A stretch of DNA of 61,916 nt, filler included. It is 3 parts of 3 records of this genome, joined end to end, with 100 filler letters (N's around TTAATTAATTAA, not from the genome) between each part and the next. Parts side by side here need not be neighbours in the genome. Positions count along the whole stretch, not along the records: positions 23,372 to 48,827 come from SRR20825006_1532; 2 more parts are not named here. The stretch is one strand, 5' to 3'. Both the position numbers and the translations under genes were made by a program. The notes under the pieces are model-generated. The model was not told the origin of the DNA. It worked only from the letters and a program-made list of their open reading frames with translations, and ran no database searches. This document shows positions 28,563 through 39,027 of the stretch, piece after piece (the stretch's first letter is position 1; every line of letters starts with the position of its first letter).

Positions 28563-31332
28563 CTTTTTTACCCAGCGTATTGAATTTATAGCTGAAGCTC
28601 AACATAAAGTATTGTTGCAATACGGTACTCTGTACGTCTTCAATATACGATTGTGTGGCTGTACGTCTTGAGTTAGTATTTTGATTAAGTAAATCGTAAA
28701 CTTTAAAAGTTGCCAGAGCTTTGTCATTTAAGAATGAATACGCTAAAGAAGTATTCCAGAATACCGCATCCCGTTGAAAGCCTGTTCCCACGTTTGGATT
28801 GTAAGTATATCTTATATCATTTTCCCAGGTTAACCATTTTGGAAAATATGTTGTGGTCCGCAGGCGGGCATTGTGCTGTGTAAAATCTTGCCCGTCAAAG
28901 AAATCACGATTAAACGTGGTTTCATTAAAGCTTATTCTATATTCCGGGCGTATTTCGAACCAATCTGTCCAAGTGAATCGTAACCCTAAACTAGGGCCGA
29001 GAGATTTTGTAATACTAGCATATTGATCTGCATTAAAGAAGTTTACAAAGCGGTTGATGCTACCACTCATACCTACTTCAACTTTCAAAGTTCTTAGACT
29101 ATCCAGTTTAAAATCCTTGTTATAGCCCAGATTTCCGTAACCGTTATATACGCCGTCAACATTTGTAAATGTTGTTGCTCTTACAAAGTTATCATCTACC
29201 GTAGTAAGATTTACAACTTGATCGTTAGTAAACGTAAAACCAAAATAAGAATACAATCCACTTCTGGTTTCCCAGTCATAATTATTGATCCCCATATTTA
29301 AACCATGGCTATTCGTCGGGCTTAAGTTAGGATTACCCTGAATGGTATTGATAGGGTCAGAAACATCCAAATACGGAGAAAGCTGCCTAATATCAGGTGC
29401 ATTATTGCTTAGTCTATAGGCAGACCATAAACTCAATTTTTGAGTAAAATTATAATTCAAACGTGCCATGGCTTCCAGCGCATCAAAATTATTCTCAAAA
29501 TCAATATCGCGCACACGATTACCGGTTTCATCTGTCAGTAGATCCTCACCCGTTAATTTACGTGCAACATAAGCAGCATTAACGCTTGCACGTAATTTTT
29601 TAGAGTTATAGGTTACTCCTAATTGCGGTTTATGGCTTCGGTTTGTACTTTCAAAATCTGTACTCTGTGGCGTGATAAGTTGATTGTAAGTTTGGGTAGT
29701 CGCGTCAAAATCATAAACGAGCTGGGTGTTCGTTCGGTTTTCATTCTTGAACTCATACTCAGTCTCTAAAAAGAGTTTTTTCGAAATAAGCGGAATGCGC
29801 CACTTTACATTTGTAGTGATTCCATCTGTATTATTATCTCCATTGGTACGCTGATTCCGTAGAATCTGACTGGCATCAGTACCGTAAACATTGGTTTCTG
29901 AATTGGTAAAATCAGTACTTCCTGTCTCGTCTAACTGTAGATCACCATTGATTCTTATAAAGCCTCCCTTGTCTCCATATCGTTTAGTAGCGGTAAGACT
30001 GTTAGAAAAATTACGCGTAGTACGGTCATTAAAGTTGTCGTACTCGCTGTCGTTCACCAGGTCTCCGGCCTCATTTGTGGTTACTGAACTTCCCGAACTA
30101 CTGTTGGTTCCTACGGTATAATTAAGTGAAGGTCGATATTCTACCATAAAGGTCGAATCAATCTCGGCTTGAAACCTGAGATTAGCAGTATGATTATCGG
30201 TATTTGAATCAGTACGCGAATTGCTTACTGAAGTAAAACGGTTATCAGGCAAAATGTTTTCACGTACCCTGTCAGTCTCATTAAAGGTATTGGCTCCCGA
30301 GTAAAAGTAATCTGCAGAGGTTTCTATTGCTTCGCCAAAATCATTTGCAAAATTCATCCCGGCATTACGCGAATTGACAATACCTTCTCCCATTCCGAAG
30401 CTTCTACCTCCTACATTAAAACCGCCGTTACTACTCACAGAAATGTAACTCGCATTACCAAACATTTTCTCGATCTCTCCAAAACTAAACCCAGGCGAGT
30501 TGATGTTGTTACCACTTCCCAGCACACTTAAACGCAGATCATTATCAAAATAATTACCTATACCGGCAAACTCAAAACGGTCATCTGTACCGCCACCTGC
30601 TGCAACACGACCAAAAAGACCTTTATTCTTATCTTCGTCGATAGTGATATTTATGGTTTTATTTTCACTATCGCCTTCCTCTCCTGCAAATTCTTCAGAC
30701 TCGGTTTTGGTGTCGACTACTTGAATTTTATTGATCAATTCTTTGGTAAGATTACGCGTCGCGATCGTAGGATCATCGCTAAAAAAGGGTTTTCCGTTTA
30801 CCAGAATATTACTTACCGGTTTTCCATTAATGCGTATTTGACCGTCTTCATCAACCTCAGCTCCGGGCAGTTCTTTTAATAGATCTTCAAGGGTGGCATC
30901 AGGTTTGGTTTTAAAGGACGCTGCATTAAATTCAAGTGTATCCTGTTTGATTACTACCGGCGCCGCTCTACCCTTAACCACAACATCCCCTAATGATTCT
31001 ACCTGAAACTCTAAAGGAATGTCTTCTAAATTTATTTCACGCGTTTTAGAAAAATCTATTTGTTGCTCATACGATTGATAGCCCACAAACGTCACAAATA
31101 AATTTGCCTTTTGCAGATTAGACTTTCCGCTAAGTTCAAATTCACCATTGCGATCTGAAATGGTATAACTGATTACAGTACTGTCTTGAAGCGTTTCTAA
31201 AACTACAGTCGCTGCCTCTAAAGGAACCTGTTGTTCCTTATCAATGAGTTTTCCGGTTATTTTAAAATCCTGAGAGAATGTGCATAACGAAAACATACCC
31301 AGCACAAGGGCAACTAAATAGCGATTGATCAT
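28531..31332 (-). CDS. TonB-dependent-like outer membrane beta-barrel protein (933 aa)
   Basis: Signal peptide, DTLEFNA..F...PDA.LEDLLKELPG, VNGKPFF, C-terminal YFMLSFSYKF. Confidence 0.88.
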   Translation of the reverse strand: MINRYLVALVLGMFSLCTFSQDFKITGKLIDKEQQVPLEAATVVLETLQDSTVISYTISDRNGEFELSGKSNLQKANLFVTFVGYQSYEQQIDFSKTREINLEDIPLEFQVESLGDVVVKGRAAPVVIKQDTLEFNAASFKTKPDATLEDLLKELPGAEVDEDGQIRINGKPVSNILVNGKPFFSDDPTIATRNLTKELINKIQVVDTKTESEEFAGEEGDSENKTINITIDEDKNKGLFGRVAAGGGTDDRFEFAGIGNYFDNDLRLSVLGSGNNINSPGFSFGEIEKMFGNASYISVSSNGGFNVGGRSFGMGEGIVNSRNAGMNFANDFGEAIETSADYFYSGANTFNETDRVRENILPDNRFTSVSNSRTDSNTDNHTANLRFQAEIDSTFMVEYRPSLNYTVGTNSSSGSSVTTNEAGDLVNDSEYDNFNDRTTRNFSNSLTATKRYGDKGGFIRINGDLQLDETGSTDFTNSETNVYGTDASQILRNQRTNGDNNTDGITTNVKWRIPLISKKLFLETEYEFKNENRTNTQLVYDFDATTQTYNQLITPQSTDFESTNRSHKPQLGVTYNSKKLRASVNAAYVARKLTGEDLLTDETGNRVRDIDFENNFDALEAMARLNYNFTQKLSLWSAYRLSNNAPDIRQLSPYLDVSDPINTIQGNPNLSPTNSHGLNMGINNYDWETRSGLYSYFGFTFTNDQVVNLTTVDDNFVRATTFTNVDGVYNGYGNLGYNKDFKLDSLRTLKVEVGMSGSINRFVNFFNADQYASITKSLGPSLGLRFTWTDWFEIRPEYRISFNETTFNRDFFDGQDFTQHNARLRTTTYFPKWLTWENDIRYTYNPNVGTGFQRDAVFWNTSLAYSFLNDKALATFKVYDLLNQNTNSRRTATQSYIEDVQSTVLQQYFMLSFSYKFNTLGKKGEVRENGWWD

Positions 31333-31448
31333 GATTATTTTTTGATTGATACACGAATAAATAGAATTCTTAAATAACTAAAAAATTAGTTAGGTTGTTT
31401 AAGATAACTTTAACGTAAAACGTATTACTAACAATCATTTAAACCCGA

Positions 31449-34184
31449 TTATCTTCTTCTCGGAGGCCCGCCCGGTCTTCCTGACTGTCCACCAAAATTG
31501 CTGAGTTTGTACGTGAAACTCAACATTGCATATTGCGTAAGGATCAAACTATTAGTGTCTTGAATGTAGTCATCACCAATGATCCTGCGCGTATCAACAA
31601 CTTGATCTAACACATCATAAACTTTAACTTTCAAAGTGGCTTTCTCGTCTAAAAACTGATAGCCTAAACTCGTGTTCCATAAGATGGAAGAGTTCTGAAA
31701 TCCCGGAGAAATATTCCCGTTATAATTGTAACTAATATCATTACCAAAAATGACATTTTTAGGCCAAAAAGTAGTCGCTTCAAAACCTACACGGTGATTG
31801 ATAAAATCTTCGTTGCGGTCTTCGTTTATTGAATATTTTGTGTCATTGTATGTAAGACTGTAACTAGGATTCACCTCAAAAACTTCTTGTATTGCATAGG
31901 TTAATCTAATTCCCGGAGACACGCTTATACGCTTTGAATTGAATAAGGTTCCGTTGGTAAATCCTACATTTTTATTGTAGTTCCCGGTTAGACTCATTCG
32001 GTATCTAAACTCGTGCTCTTCTTTTCTGGTACTTTTTGTATAAAAAACACGTGCCCCGGCAGACATTGCGCCGTCAACGTTAGCGTAGGTAGTAGTCCGG
32101 CGTAAATCATCACCAATAGTGCTTACAGCAACCACTTGGTTTTCGGTAAAACTTAGATCAAACGAACTAAAAATACCGCTTCCGCCACCGGCGCCGAAAT
32201 TGAAACTTCTAAAGCCACCTCCTATATTATGACTGTAAGCCGGGCGTAATGCCGGGTTACCCACGACAATATTCAACGGATTAGTCCTGTCTGCAACCGG
32301 CTGTAATTGTCGTATAGAAGGCGTGTTTGCATTGGTACGATAATCTATAGATATACTCTTACTGCGCTCTAACTCGTACCGCACGCGAGCGCTTAAATAT
32401 AAGTTGTTGTAAGTATTATCGAAACTAGCAGGGTTGAGTAAATTTTCATTTTGAAGTATGGTGTTTAATAATCCCAGATTGGTATTGATGCGCCAAGCTT
32501 CGTGATCATAATTAAACCCAATATTCGGAGTATGGCGGTACGTGTTTACCTCAAAATTACTACTCAAAGTATCATTTAAAGCAGTATAAGCGCCACCAGA
32601 ATCAGCATCATATACATAGCGTGAATTAGTAGATTTTGACGACGAAAAATCATAAGCCAGATCCATAAAAAAATCGGTTGCTAATACCAAGCGCTGCTCT
32701 ACCTCAAGACCATATTGATATTCCTTTTCATCTTCATCTATAAACTGATCCTGAACTTCAGTACGCGCATCATCGCCAAAGAACTCACTTTCTGAGAAAT
32801 AAAAATTGTCGTTCTCTTGATTGTTATAACTCTGCGAAACTTCCATTCTTAAAAAGGCTCCACGGCTCCCAAAACGTTTAATAAAGTCTACCTCGTTGCT
32901 GAAATCAACATTATATACATCATCTTGACTTGAAGTTTCTGTGTTGTTCACCAAATCACGATTTCCGTCTGACGAACTCGCCATAGTGTTTCGCACAGAT
33001 TTTGTTTTGCTGGTAGTAAAGCGCGGTGAGTATGACAAGCGCGTGAGCGTATCAAACTCAACCTCAAAACGCGCATTAGCGCGATGTCTGTCATTTATGG
33101 CATTGCTGGTATTTTCAGAGCTTGAATAATAAGTAGTGTCCGGTAAAATATTCTCTCGCTCGGTTCTAGAGCGTGTGTCTGTATTTGATTGGTCAAAGAA
33201 ATAATCCCCGTTCAATTCGTATTTATCAGACCATTCATTGCTGTAATTTGCGCCGGCTGTCTCAGACTTTGTGATGCCGTTACTGTTATTTCCGGCGGCA
33301 ACAGCACGAGCCCCACTACGCCCCATCATCCCATAAACATCATCAAAATCAAATCCTGAACTGTTGATGTTATTAGATCCTGCCAGAACCGTCGTGCGCA
33401 TATTGTCTTTAAAAATGTTACCTATCGCACTCATTTCGTAGCGTTCATCTGTTCCTCCGCCAATGGTCCCTCGAGCAAAGTAACCTTTATTCTTATCCTT
33501 TTTGATCGTGATATTGATGGTTTTATTTTCAGAATCTCCCGCTTCTCCGGTAAACTCTTGGGCTTTGGTTTTGGTGTCGACCACTTGAAGTTTTTCAATG
33601 ATTTCTTTCGGAAGGTTTTTAGTCGCGATCTTAGGATCATCGCCAAAAAACTCTTTCCCATTGACCAAAATTCTAGACACCGGCTTTCCATTAATGGTTA
33701 TTGCTCCGTCTGAATCTACCTCGGCTCCCGGAAGCTTTTTCAACAACTCTTCTAAGTTGGCATCAGGACGGGTTTCAAACGAATTTGCATTAAATTCTAA
33801 CGTATCTTTTTTTAACGTTACCGGTGCGCGGTCTGCCACCACAATCACCTCATCAAGCAGATTGTCTTGAACTTCGAGTTTTAAATCTCCTAACTCGACC
33901 GTTGGAGTAATTGTGATCACTTTGCGAAGCGGTTTGAATCCTGCATAAGAAACAAACAGATTTAGTTTTTCTTGGTCGGTTCTTCCTTCCATCTCAAAAA
34001 AGCCTTCCCGGTCAGAAATCCCATAAGTTACTAAAGTACTGTCGCTTATCTTCTCAACATAAACCGTCGCAGATTCCAGTGGTACACCGGTATTATCTTT
34101 AATGGTTCCGTTAAGTTGAAAATCTTGTGCGTTACTTTGCTGAAGGGCGATCAGTGCAAGGACTACGAGTAAAATCTGCTTCAT
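31449..34184 (-). CDS. TonB-dependent-like outer membrane beta-barrel protein (911 aa), paralogue of its neighbour
   Basis: Same motifs (DTLEFNANSF, LLKKLPG, VNGKEFFG, YAMLSFTYKL). Confidence 0.88.
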   Translation of the reverse strand: MKQILLVVLALIALQQSNAQDFQLNGTIKDNTGVPLESATVYVEKISDSTLVTYGISDREGFFEMEGRTDQEKLNLFVSYAGFKPLRKVITITPTVELGDLKLEVQDNLLDEVIVVADRAPVTLKKDTLEFNANSFETRPDANLEELLKKLPGAEVDSDGAITINGKPVSRILVNGKEFFGDDPKIATKNLPKEIIEKLQVVDTKTKAQEFTGEAGDSENKTINITIKKDKNKGYFARGTIGGGTDERYEMSAIGNIFKDNMRTTVLAGSNNINSSGFDFDDVYGMMGRSGARAVAAGNNSNGITKSETAGANYSNEWSDKYELNGDYFFDQSNTDTRSRTERENILPDTTYYSSSENTSNAINDRHRANARFEVEFDTLTRLSYSPRFTTSKTKSVRNTMASSSDGNRDLVNNTETSSQDDVYNVDFSNEVDFIKRFGSRGAFLRMEVSQSYNNQENDNFYFSESEFFGDDARTEVQDQFIDEDEKEYQYGLEVEQRLVLATDFFMDLAYDFSSSKSTNSRYVYDADSGGAYTALNDTLSSNFEVNTYRHTPNIGFNYDHEAWRINTNLGLLNTILQNENLLNPASFDNTYNNLYLSARVRYELERSKSISIDYRTNANTPSIRQLQPVADRTNPLNIVVGNPALRPAYSHNIGGGFRSFNFGAGGGSGIFSSFDLSFTENQVVAVSTIGDDLRRTTTYANVDGAMSAGARVFYTKSTRKEEHEFRYRMSLTGNYNKNVGFTNGTLFNSKRISVSPGIRLTYAIQEVFEVNPSYSLTYNDTKYSINEDRNEDFINHRVGFEATTFWPKNVIFGNDISYNYNGNISPGFQNSSILWNTSLGYQFLDEKATLKVKVYDVLDQVVDTRRIIGDDYIQDTNSLILTQYAMLSFTYKLSNFGGQSGRPGGPPRRR

Positions 34185-34248
34185 AAAATAAATATATGTA
34201 CTTTGTACGTTTATTGTATGACTGCAAAAAATGCAAAAGGTTTAAAAG

Positions 34249-34282
34249 AAAAGCCCACATTTTTTAAAAATTGTGGGCTTTT
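34249..34282 (-). terminator. Intrinsic terminator after der
   Basis: AAAAGCCCACA...TGTGGGCTTTT inverted repeat just past the der stop. Confidence 0.75.
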
Positions 34283-34305
34283 ATAACCAATTCTGAAAAA
34301 ACGTA

Positions 34306-35607
34306 TTACTTCTTTCTAAAATATACTGCAATCGGCACTCCCTCAAAATCAAAGGCCTCGCGCAACTTATTTTCTATAAAACGCTTATAAGGATCTTTCA
34401 CATACTGCGGAAGATTACAGAAAAACGCAAACTGCGGGTGCGGCGTAGGCAACTGCATACAGTATTTGATCTTGATGTATTTCCCTTTAGTCGCAGGTGG
34501 CGGAGTTGCTTCAATAAGCGGCAACATATAATCGTTAAGTTCGCTGGTTTTAATTCGCTTGCTTCTGCTCTCATATACTTTTACAGCGGTCTCAATAGCC
34601 TTGTAAACACGTTGCTTGGTCAATGCCGAAATAAACACAATTGGCACATCTGTAAAAGGTTCTATCTGTGTGCGAATGTATTTCTCAAACTCTCGCATGG
34701 TTTTGTTTTCCTTTTCAACCAAATCCCATTTGTTTATAAGAATCACAATCCCTTTTCTGTTGCGTTCTGCTAACCAAAAAATATTTTGAACCTGGCCGTC
34801 AAAACCACGTGTAGCATCTACCACGAGCAAGCACACATCGCAATGCTCAATCGCACGCACTGATCGCATCACAGAATAAAATTCAAGATCTTCTTTAACT
34901 TTAGATTTACGACGAATTCCTGCCGTATCTACAAGATTAAATTCAAACCCAAAACGGTTGTATTTGGTATCGATCGCATCACGCGTGGTTCCGGCAATGT
35001 CGGTCACGATGTATCGGTCTTCACCTATCAAAGCATTGATGAATGAAGATTTCCCGGCATTAGGTCTTCCCACCACAGCAAATCGCGGTAAAATAGACTC
35101 TTCTTCCTCTACTTTCTCCGGAAGTACTTCAACCAAAGCATCTAATAATTCTCCGGTACCGCTACCACTTATACTCGCAATGGTATAATATTCTCCAAGA
35201 CCTAAACTGTAAAACTCCACAGCATCGTCTGCACGCATCGCGTTATCTACTTTATTTACAGCAAGAAACACCGGCTTAGATTGGCGACGTAATAAAGTGG
35301 CTACATCTTCATCCATCCCGGTAACACCCGCTTCTACATCAACCATAAAAATAATGGCGTCTGCCTCGTCGATCGCAAGTTCTACTTGCCTATCTATTTG
35401 TTCTTCAAAAATGTCATCACTTCCGCGTACATAACCTCCGGTATCAATTACCGAAAATTCCTTCCCATTCCAGTCAGTCTTCCCATAGTGACGGTCACGA
35501 GTAACACCGCTCACAGAATCAACAATAGCTTCTCTACGTTGAATCAAACGGTTAAAAAAAGTGGATTTACCCACGTTAGGTCTCCCTACAATAGCTACAA
35601 TACTCAT
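34306..35607 (-). CDS. der: Ribosome biogenesis GTPase Der/EngA
   Basis: Two G-domains: [16 protein letters not shown] and [16 protein letters not shown]. Confidence 0.98.
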   Translation of the reverse strand: MSIVAIVGRPNVGKSTFFNRLIQRREAIVDSVSGVTRDRHYGKTDWNGKEFSVIDTGGYVRGSDDIFEEQIDRQVELAIDEADAIIFMVDVEAGVTGMDEDVATLLRRQSKPVFLAVNKVDNAMRADDAVEFYSLGLGEYYTIASISGSGTGELLDALVEVLPEKVEEEESILPRFAVVGRPNAGKSSFINALIGEDRYIVTDIAGTTRDAIDTKYNRFGFEFNLVDTAGIRRKSKVKEDLEFYSVMRSVRAIEHCDVCLLVVDATRGFDGQVQNIFWLAERNRKGIVILINKWDLVEKENKTMREFEKYIRTQIEPFTDVPIVFISALTKQRVYKAIETAVKVYESRSKRIKTSELNDYMLPLIEATPPPATKGKYIKIKYCMQLPTPHPQFAFFCNLPQYVKDPYKRFIENKLREAFDFEGVPIAVYFRKK

Positions 35608-35917
35608 AAAACTTACTTTATGCTTTTACTCGAACATCGAGATTTAGAAAACGCTAGGCTTTCTATTTAACCACCTGTGCGGCTTTTCCGTAAGGTAGTT
35701 TTTGCGGTGCAAAATTACGATAATAAACGGCACATATTTTAATTCACCGTATTTTAGGTAATTCGCAATAAATCAGATCAATAGTTCTACCTCAACGCTT
35801 TAAAACCCAAATTCTACCTAAAATCTGTTAAGGTTCTTGTTAATATTAAGTTACTCAAATCTACTTGCCGTTATCTTGCGTATGTATATCAAAACAACCC
35901 AGTTTATGTATTTACTT

Positions 35918-36709
35918 ATGAAACGTATTTGCCTGCTTCTTATACTTGCGCTTAGCCTTCACAGCTGTAACTTGCTTTCTGCTGCCGGAATCACCAGCGG
36001 CGGTCAGCCTACCAAAGAAGCGCCGGACAAACTCACCTCGACCACTGCCAATTCAGCAGAAAATGTTGATCACAGTGCTTGGGATGCCTTGCTAAAAAAG
36101 CACGTAGATGCAGACGGTATGGTAGACTACAAAGGCTTTAACAAAGATCGTGGCGCGCTGAATAAGTATTTAACTCAACTTTCTTCGTATTCGCCTAATA
36201 GCGATTGGTCTGTGCAAGAATTGCTTGCGTATTACATCAACCTTTACAACGCATATACGGTAGATCTAATTTTAAATAATTATCCGCTAGAGAGTATTAA
36301 AGATATTGACGGTGCTTGGACTAGAAGTATTGTTTCTATAGGAAATAAAAAGCTTGCCCTAGGTGGGATCGAAAATGGTGTCTTGCGCAAAATGAACGAA
36401 CCTCGTATTCATTTTGCGATCAATTGTGCGTCGATGTCCTGCCCTAAGTTACTGGATGAAGCGTATACCGCCGGAAAGATCAACGAGCAACTAGATCGCG
36501 CGACTAAAGAGTTTATCAATTCTGACAAAAATGAAATTGGAAAGAATAGCGTAAAGCTTTCCTCTGTTTTTGATTGGTATAAAAAGGATTTTATCACTAC
36601 TGAAACACCCACGATTATTGATTATGTGAATCAATTCAGCACTACCAAAATCAATGCAGGAGCAAACGTTTCTTATAAAGATTACGATTGGAGTTTAAAC
36701 GAACAATAA
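35918..36709 (+). CDS. DUF547 domain lipoprotein
   Basis: Lipobox LHSC; AYYINLYNA, RIHFAINCASMSCP, YDWSLN; start at 35918 inferred. Confidence 0.88.
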   Translation: MKRICLLLILALSLHSCNLLSAAGITSGGQPTKEAPDKLTSTTANSAENVDHSAWDALLKKHVDADGMVDYKGFNKDRGALNKYLTQLSSYSPNSDWSVQELLAYYINLYNAYTVDLILNNYPLESIKDIDGAWTRSIVSIGNKKLALGGIENGVLRKMNEPRIHFAINCASMSCPKLLDEAYTAGKINEQLDRATKEFINSDKNEIGKNSVKLSSVFDWYKKDFITTETPTIIDYVNQFSTTKINAGANVSYKDYDWSLNEQ

Positions 36710-36790
36710 TTATAATTTTTACTATAATTCGCTGAATTCCTTTAGATTTGAAAATCTCCTAGCATCTAAAGCGCACCAGAACACTTCTTA

Positions 36791-37504
36791 ATGATAAGTA
36801 TCGTTATCCCGGTTCTAAATGAATCTGAAAACTTACCCTGCCTCTTAGACCATCTTAAAGATCAGATTGGCCGCGTGCTCGCGGTTGAACTTATTATCGT
36901 AGATGGCGGAAGTAGCGATGATACGCTTGCGCTGGCTCAACAGTTTAAAGACACAAACCGGTTAGCGGTTAGCCTTATAACTTCTCAGCGAGGTCGTGCA
37001 AAACAAATGAATGCCGGCGCCCAAGCTGCAAAAGGAGAGATCCTCTATTTCTTACATGCAGATTCATTTCCTCCAAAGCATTTTGATGTATTGATTGAGA
37101 AAGAAGTTGCAAAAGGTAATCCCGCAGGCTGCTTTAAAATGCGCTTTGACAGTAAACATTGGTGGTTGCGTTTGGCCAGCTGGTTAACTAAATTCAGTTG
37201 GAGAGCGTGCAGAGGTGGTGATCAAAGTCAGTTTATCACTCGTGAACTTTTTGATGAAATTGGCGGTTTTGATGAAAGCTATATCATTTATGAAGACAAT
37301 ATCCTGATCAACGAACTCTACGCCCGAAACAGTTTTGTCGTGATTCAGCAGCCGATACAGTCTTCAGCACGTATGTATGAAAAGTATGGCGTATGGTATG
37401 TACAATACCATTTTTGGGCGATCTACGTGAAAAAGTGGTTTGGTGCTTCCGCCGAAGAATTACTCGCTTATTACTGTAAACACCTAAAAAAACCGATGGC
37501 TTAG
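36791..37504 (+). CDS. GT2 glycosyltransferase, TIGR04283-like
   Basis: ISIVIPVLNE, VDGGSSD, GRAKQMNAGA, FLHAD, GDQSQF, SSAR. Confidence 0.85.
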   Translation: MISIVIPVLNESENLPCLLDHLKDQIGRVLAVELIIVDGGSSDDTLALAQQFKDTNRLAVSLITSQRGRAKQMNAGAQAAKGEILYFLHADSFPPKHFDVLIEKEVAKGNPAGCFKMRFDSKHWWLRLASWLTKFSWRACRGGDQSQFITRELFDEIGGFDESYIIYEDNILINELYARNSFVVIQQPIQSSARMYEKYGVWYVQYHFWAIYVKKWFGASAEELLAYYCKHLKKPMA

Positions 37505-37623
37505 ATCTTAGTTACCTAAGTAAAACTGATTTCGACACAGGGTATAAATCCTTTAGCGGCGCCAATAAAAAAAGGGCTTCACACAACAAATGCAAAACCC
37601 TTATTTAAATTATTCCTCAGAAA

Positions 37624-37782
37624 TTATCCTCTGCTATTCACATAGAATGCGTGAATCACACCGGGCAACCACCCCAAAAGCGTTAAGATCACATTGATGA
37701 TAAAATCTTTACCTAAACCTTTGCTTAGCGCAACTCCCAATGGTGGAAGTAGAATAGAAAGTATAATGGTTAAAATGGACAT
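37624..37782 (-). CDS. YqaE/Pmp3 family membrane peptide (52 aa)
   Basis: Hand translation: MSILTIILSILLPPLGVALSKGLGKDFIINVILTLLGWLPGVIHAFYVNSRG. Confidence 0.92.
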   Translation of the reverse strand: MSILTIILSILLPPLGVALSKGLGKDFIINVILTLLGWLPGVIHAFYVNSRG

Positions 37783-37882
37783 AATAGGTTATTTTTTAGT
37801 TAGTACAGCTAAACTAAAAACAACCAAAAAGGTAACCTCTTAAACTCTTACCAATTAGCAAGAGTTTGACATATTTAGAGCA

Positions 37883-38908
37883 TTAGTTAACAGAATTTAA
37901 ATACCACTTTTTTAAAAGCATCTCAGCCTCCTTGCCTTGAGGTGTAAACCTATTATTTCCGGTAGCCGTAGCCCGCTCGTGATCGTGAAACCATTTCCAC
38001 GCATAGCCACCGGCAAACCAAGGTTCGTCCCAAAACGTTTCAAATAAGGCTTGATACAAATTAACTTGCGCTTTAGTATTCATCGCGCCTTCGTGGCGGT
38101 CGCTAGCCCACGGTTCTTTCCCGGCGTAATCTGCGCTTCGGTAACCAAATTCAGTAAAAAGTACAGGGATGTTGTTTTGTTTTGAAAGAGATACTATTAC
38201 TTTTTTATGTGGAATCCAGCCTGCAATGGCCTCTTCTACCGTTGGGGTTTGCGCTTCAGCCACCGGAAAATACGCATCAACACCTATAAAATCGAGATCT
38301 GACCAAAACGGCACGCGATCAACTTTATCCCAGTTTTCGGCATACGTTATTCTACCGGAATAGGTTGCTCTAACGTTCTTGATCAACTGCTGCCAAAACT
38401 CTGGCCGTTGATCAACAAAATTGAACAATTCGGTACCAATGCATAAAATTTCAGTTTGCGTTTCTTCGGCAAGTTGCGCGTACAATAAAATAAATTCTTC
38501 ATAGCTGTTTTCAAAAAGCTTCCAATCGGCTTCAGAATTCATCTGCATATCTCCGGTAAATTCCCCGTGCCAGATCCAGATGTGCGGCTTCAGCATAACA
38601 TCAATTGCATTTTGATGCAGCATTTCAATGTACTGTTTCACCCCTTCATAGCGCTCGCCATACCATTGCCGCTCTGAGTTGAACTGCAACTGCGGATGAT
38701 TCTTATCCCGAATAAAACCAAAGGGCATAATTGCCGCAGCATTAGCTCCGATATTTAGAATGGGATCAATATTTTTTTGCTGAAGCGTGTCGCGCGAAGC
38801 CACAAAACTTACTCCGTTGATTTTGTCTTTCACCACTGTAGTAGCCGAGCAGCCTAACAGGCAGATTGCCAGAATACAGAAGGTGATGAGGAAGGTTAGT
38901 TTTTTCAT
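37883..38908 (-). CDS. GH113-like TIM-barrel glycoside hydrolase lipoprotein
   Basis: MLKPHIW, IGTEL, TYAENWD, GVDAYFP, LFTEFGY. Confidence 0.8.
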   Translation of the reverse strand: MKKLTFLITFCILAICLLGCSATTVVKDKINGVSFVASRDTLQQKNIDPILNIGANAAAIMPFGFIRDKNHPQLQFNSERQWYGERYEGVKQYIEMLHQNAIDVMLKPHIWIWHGEFTGDMQMNSEADWKLFENSYEEFILLYAQLAEETQTEILCIGTELFNFVDQRPEFWQQLIKNVRATYSGRITYAENWDKVDRVPFWSDLDFIGVDAYFPVAEAQTPTVEEAIAGWIPHKKVIVSLSKQNNIPVLFTEFGYRSADYAGKEPWASDRHEGAMNTKAQVNLYQALFETFWDEPWFAGGYAWKWFHDHERATATGNNRFTPQGKEAEMLLKKWYLNSVN

Positions 38909-39027
38909 TGCTCTAAAAATACTGGAAATTTAAGATAGCTTCCCGGTTTTCTTTCGTCTAAAATTGCCGTTAAAATGTATTTAAGAGGAAGCTAAGTTCT
39001 TATCTTGTAAAAACAACCTTGACATTT

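Noticed and set aside
36791-37504. Arsenosugar biosynthesis locus
   Set aside because: No radical-SAM ArsS-like or ArsM methyltransferase gene in the contig; the family label alone is insufficient.
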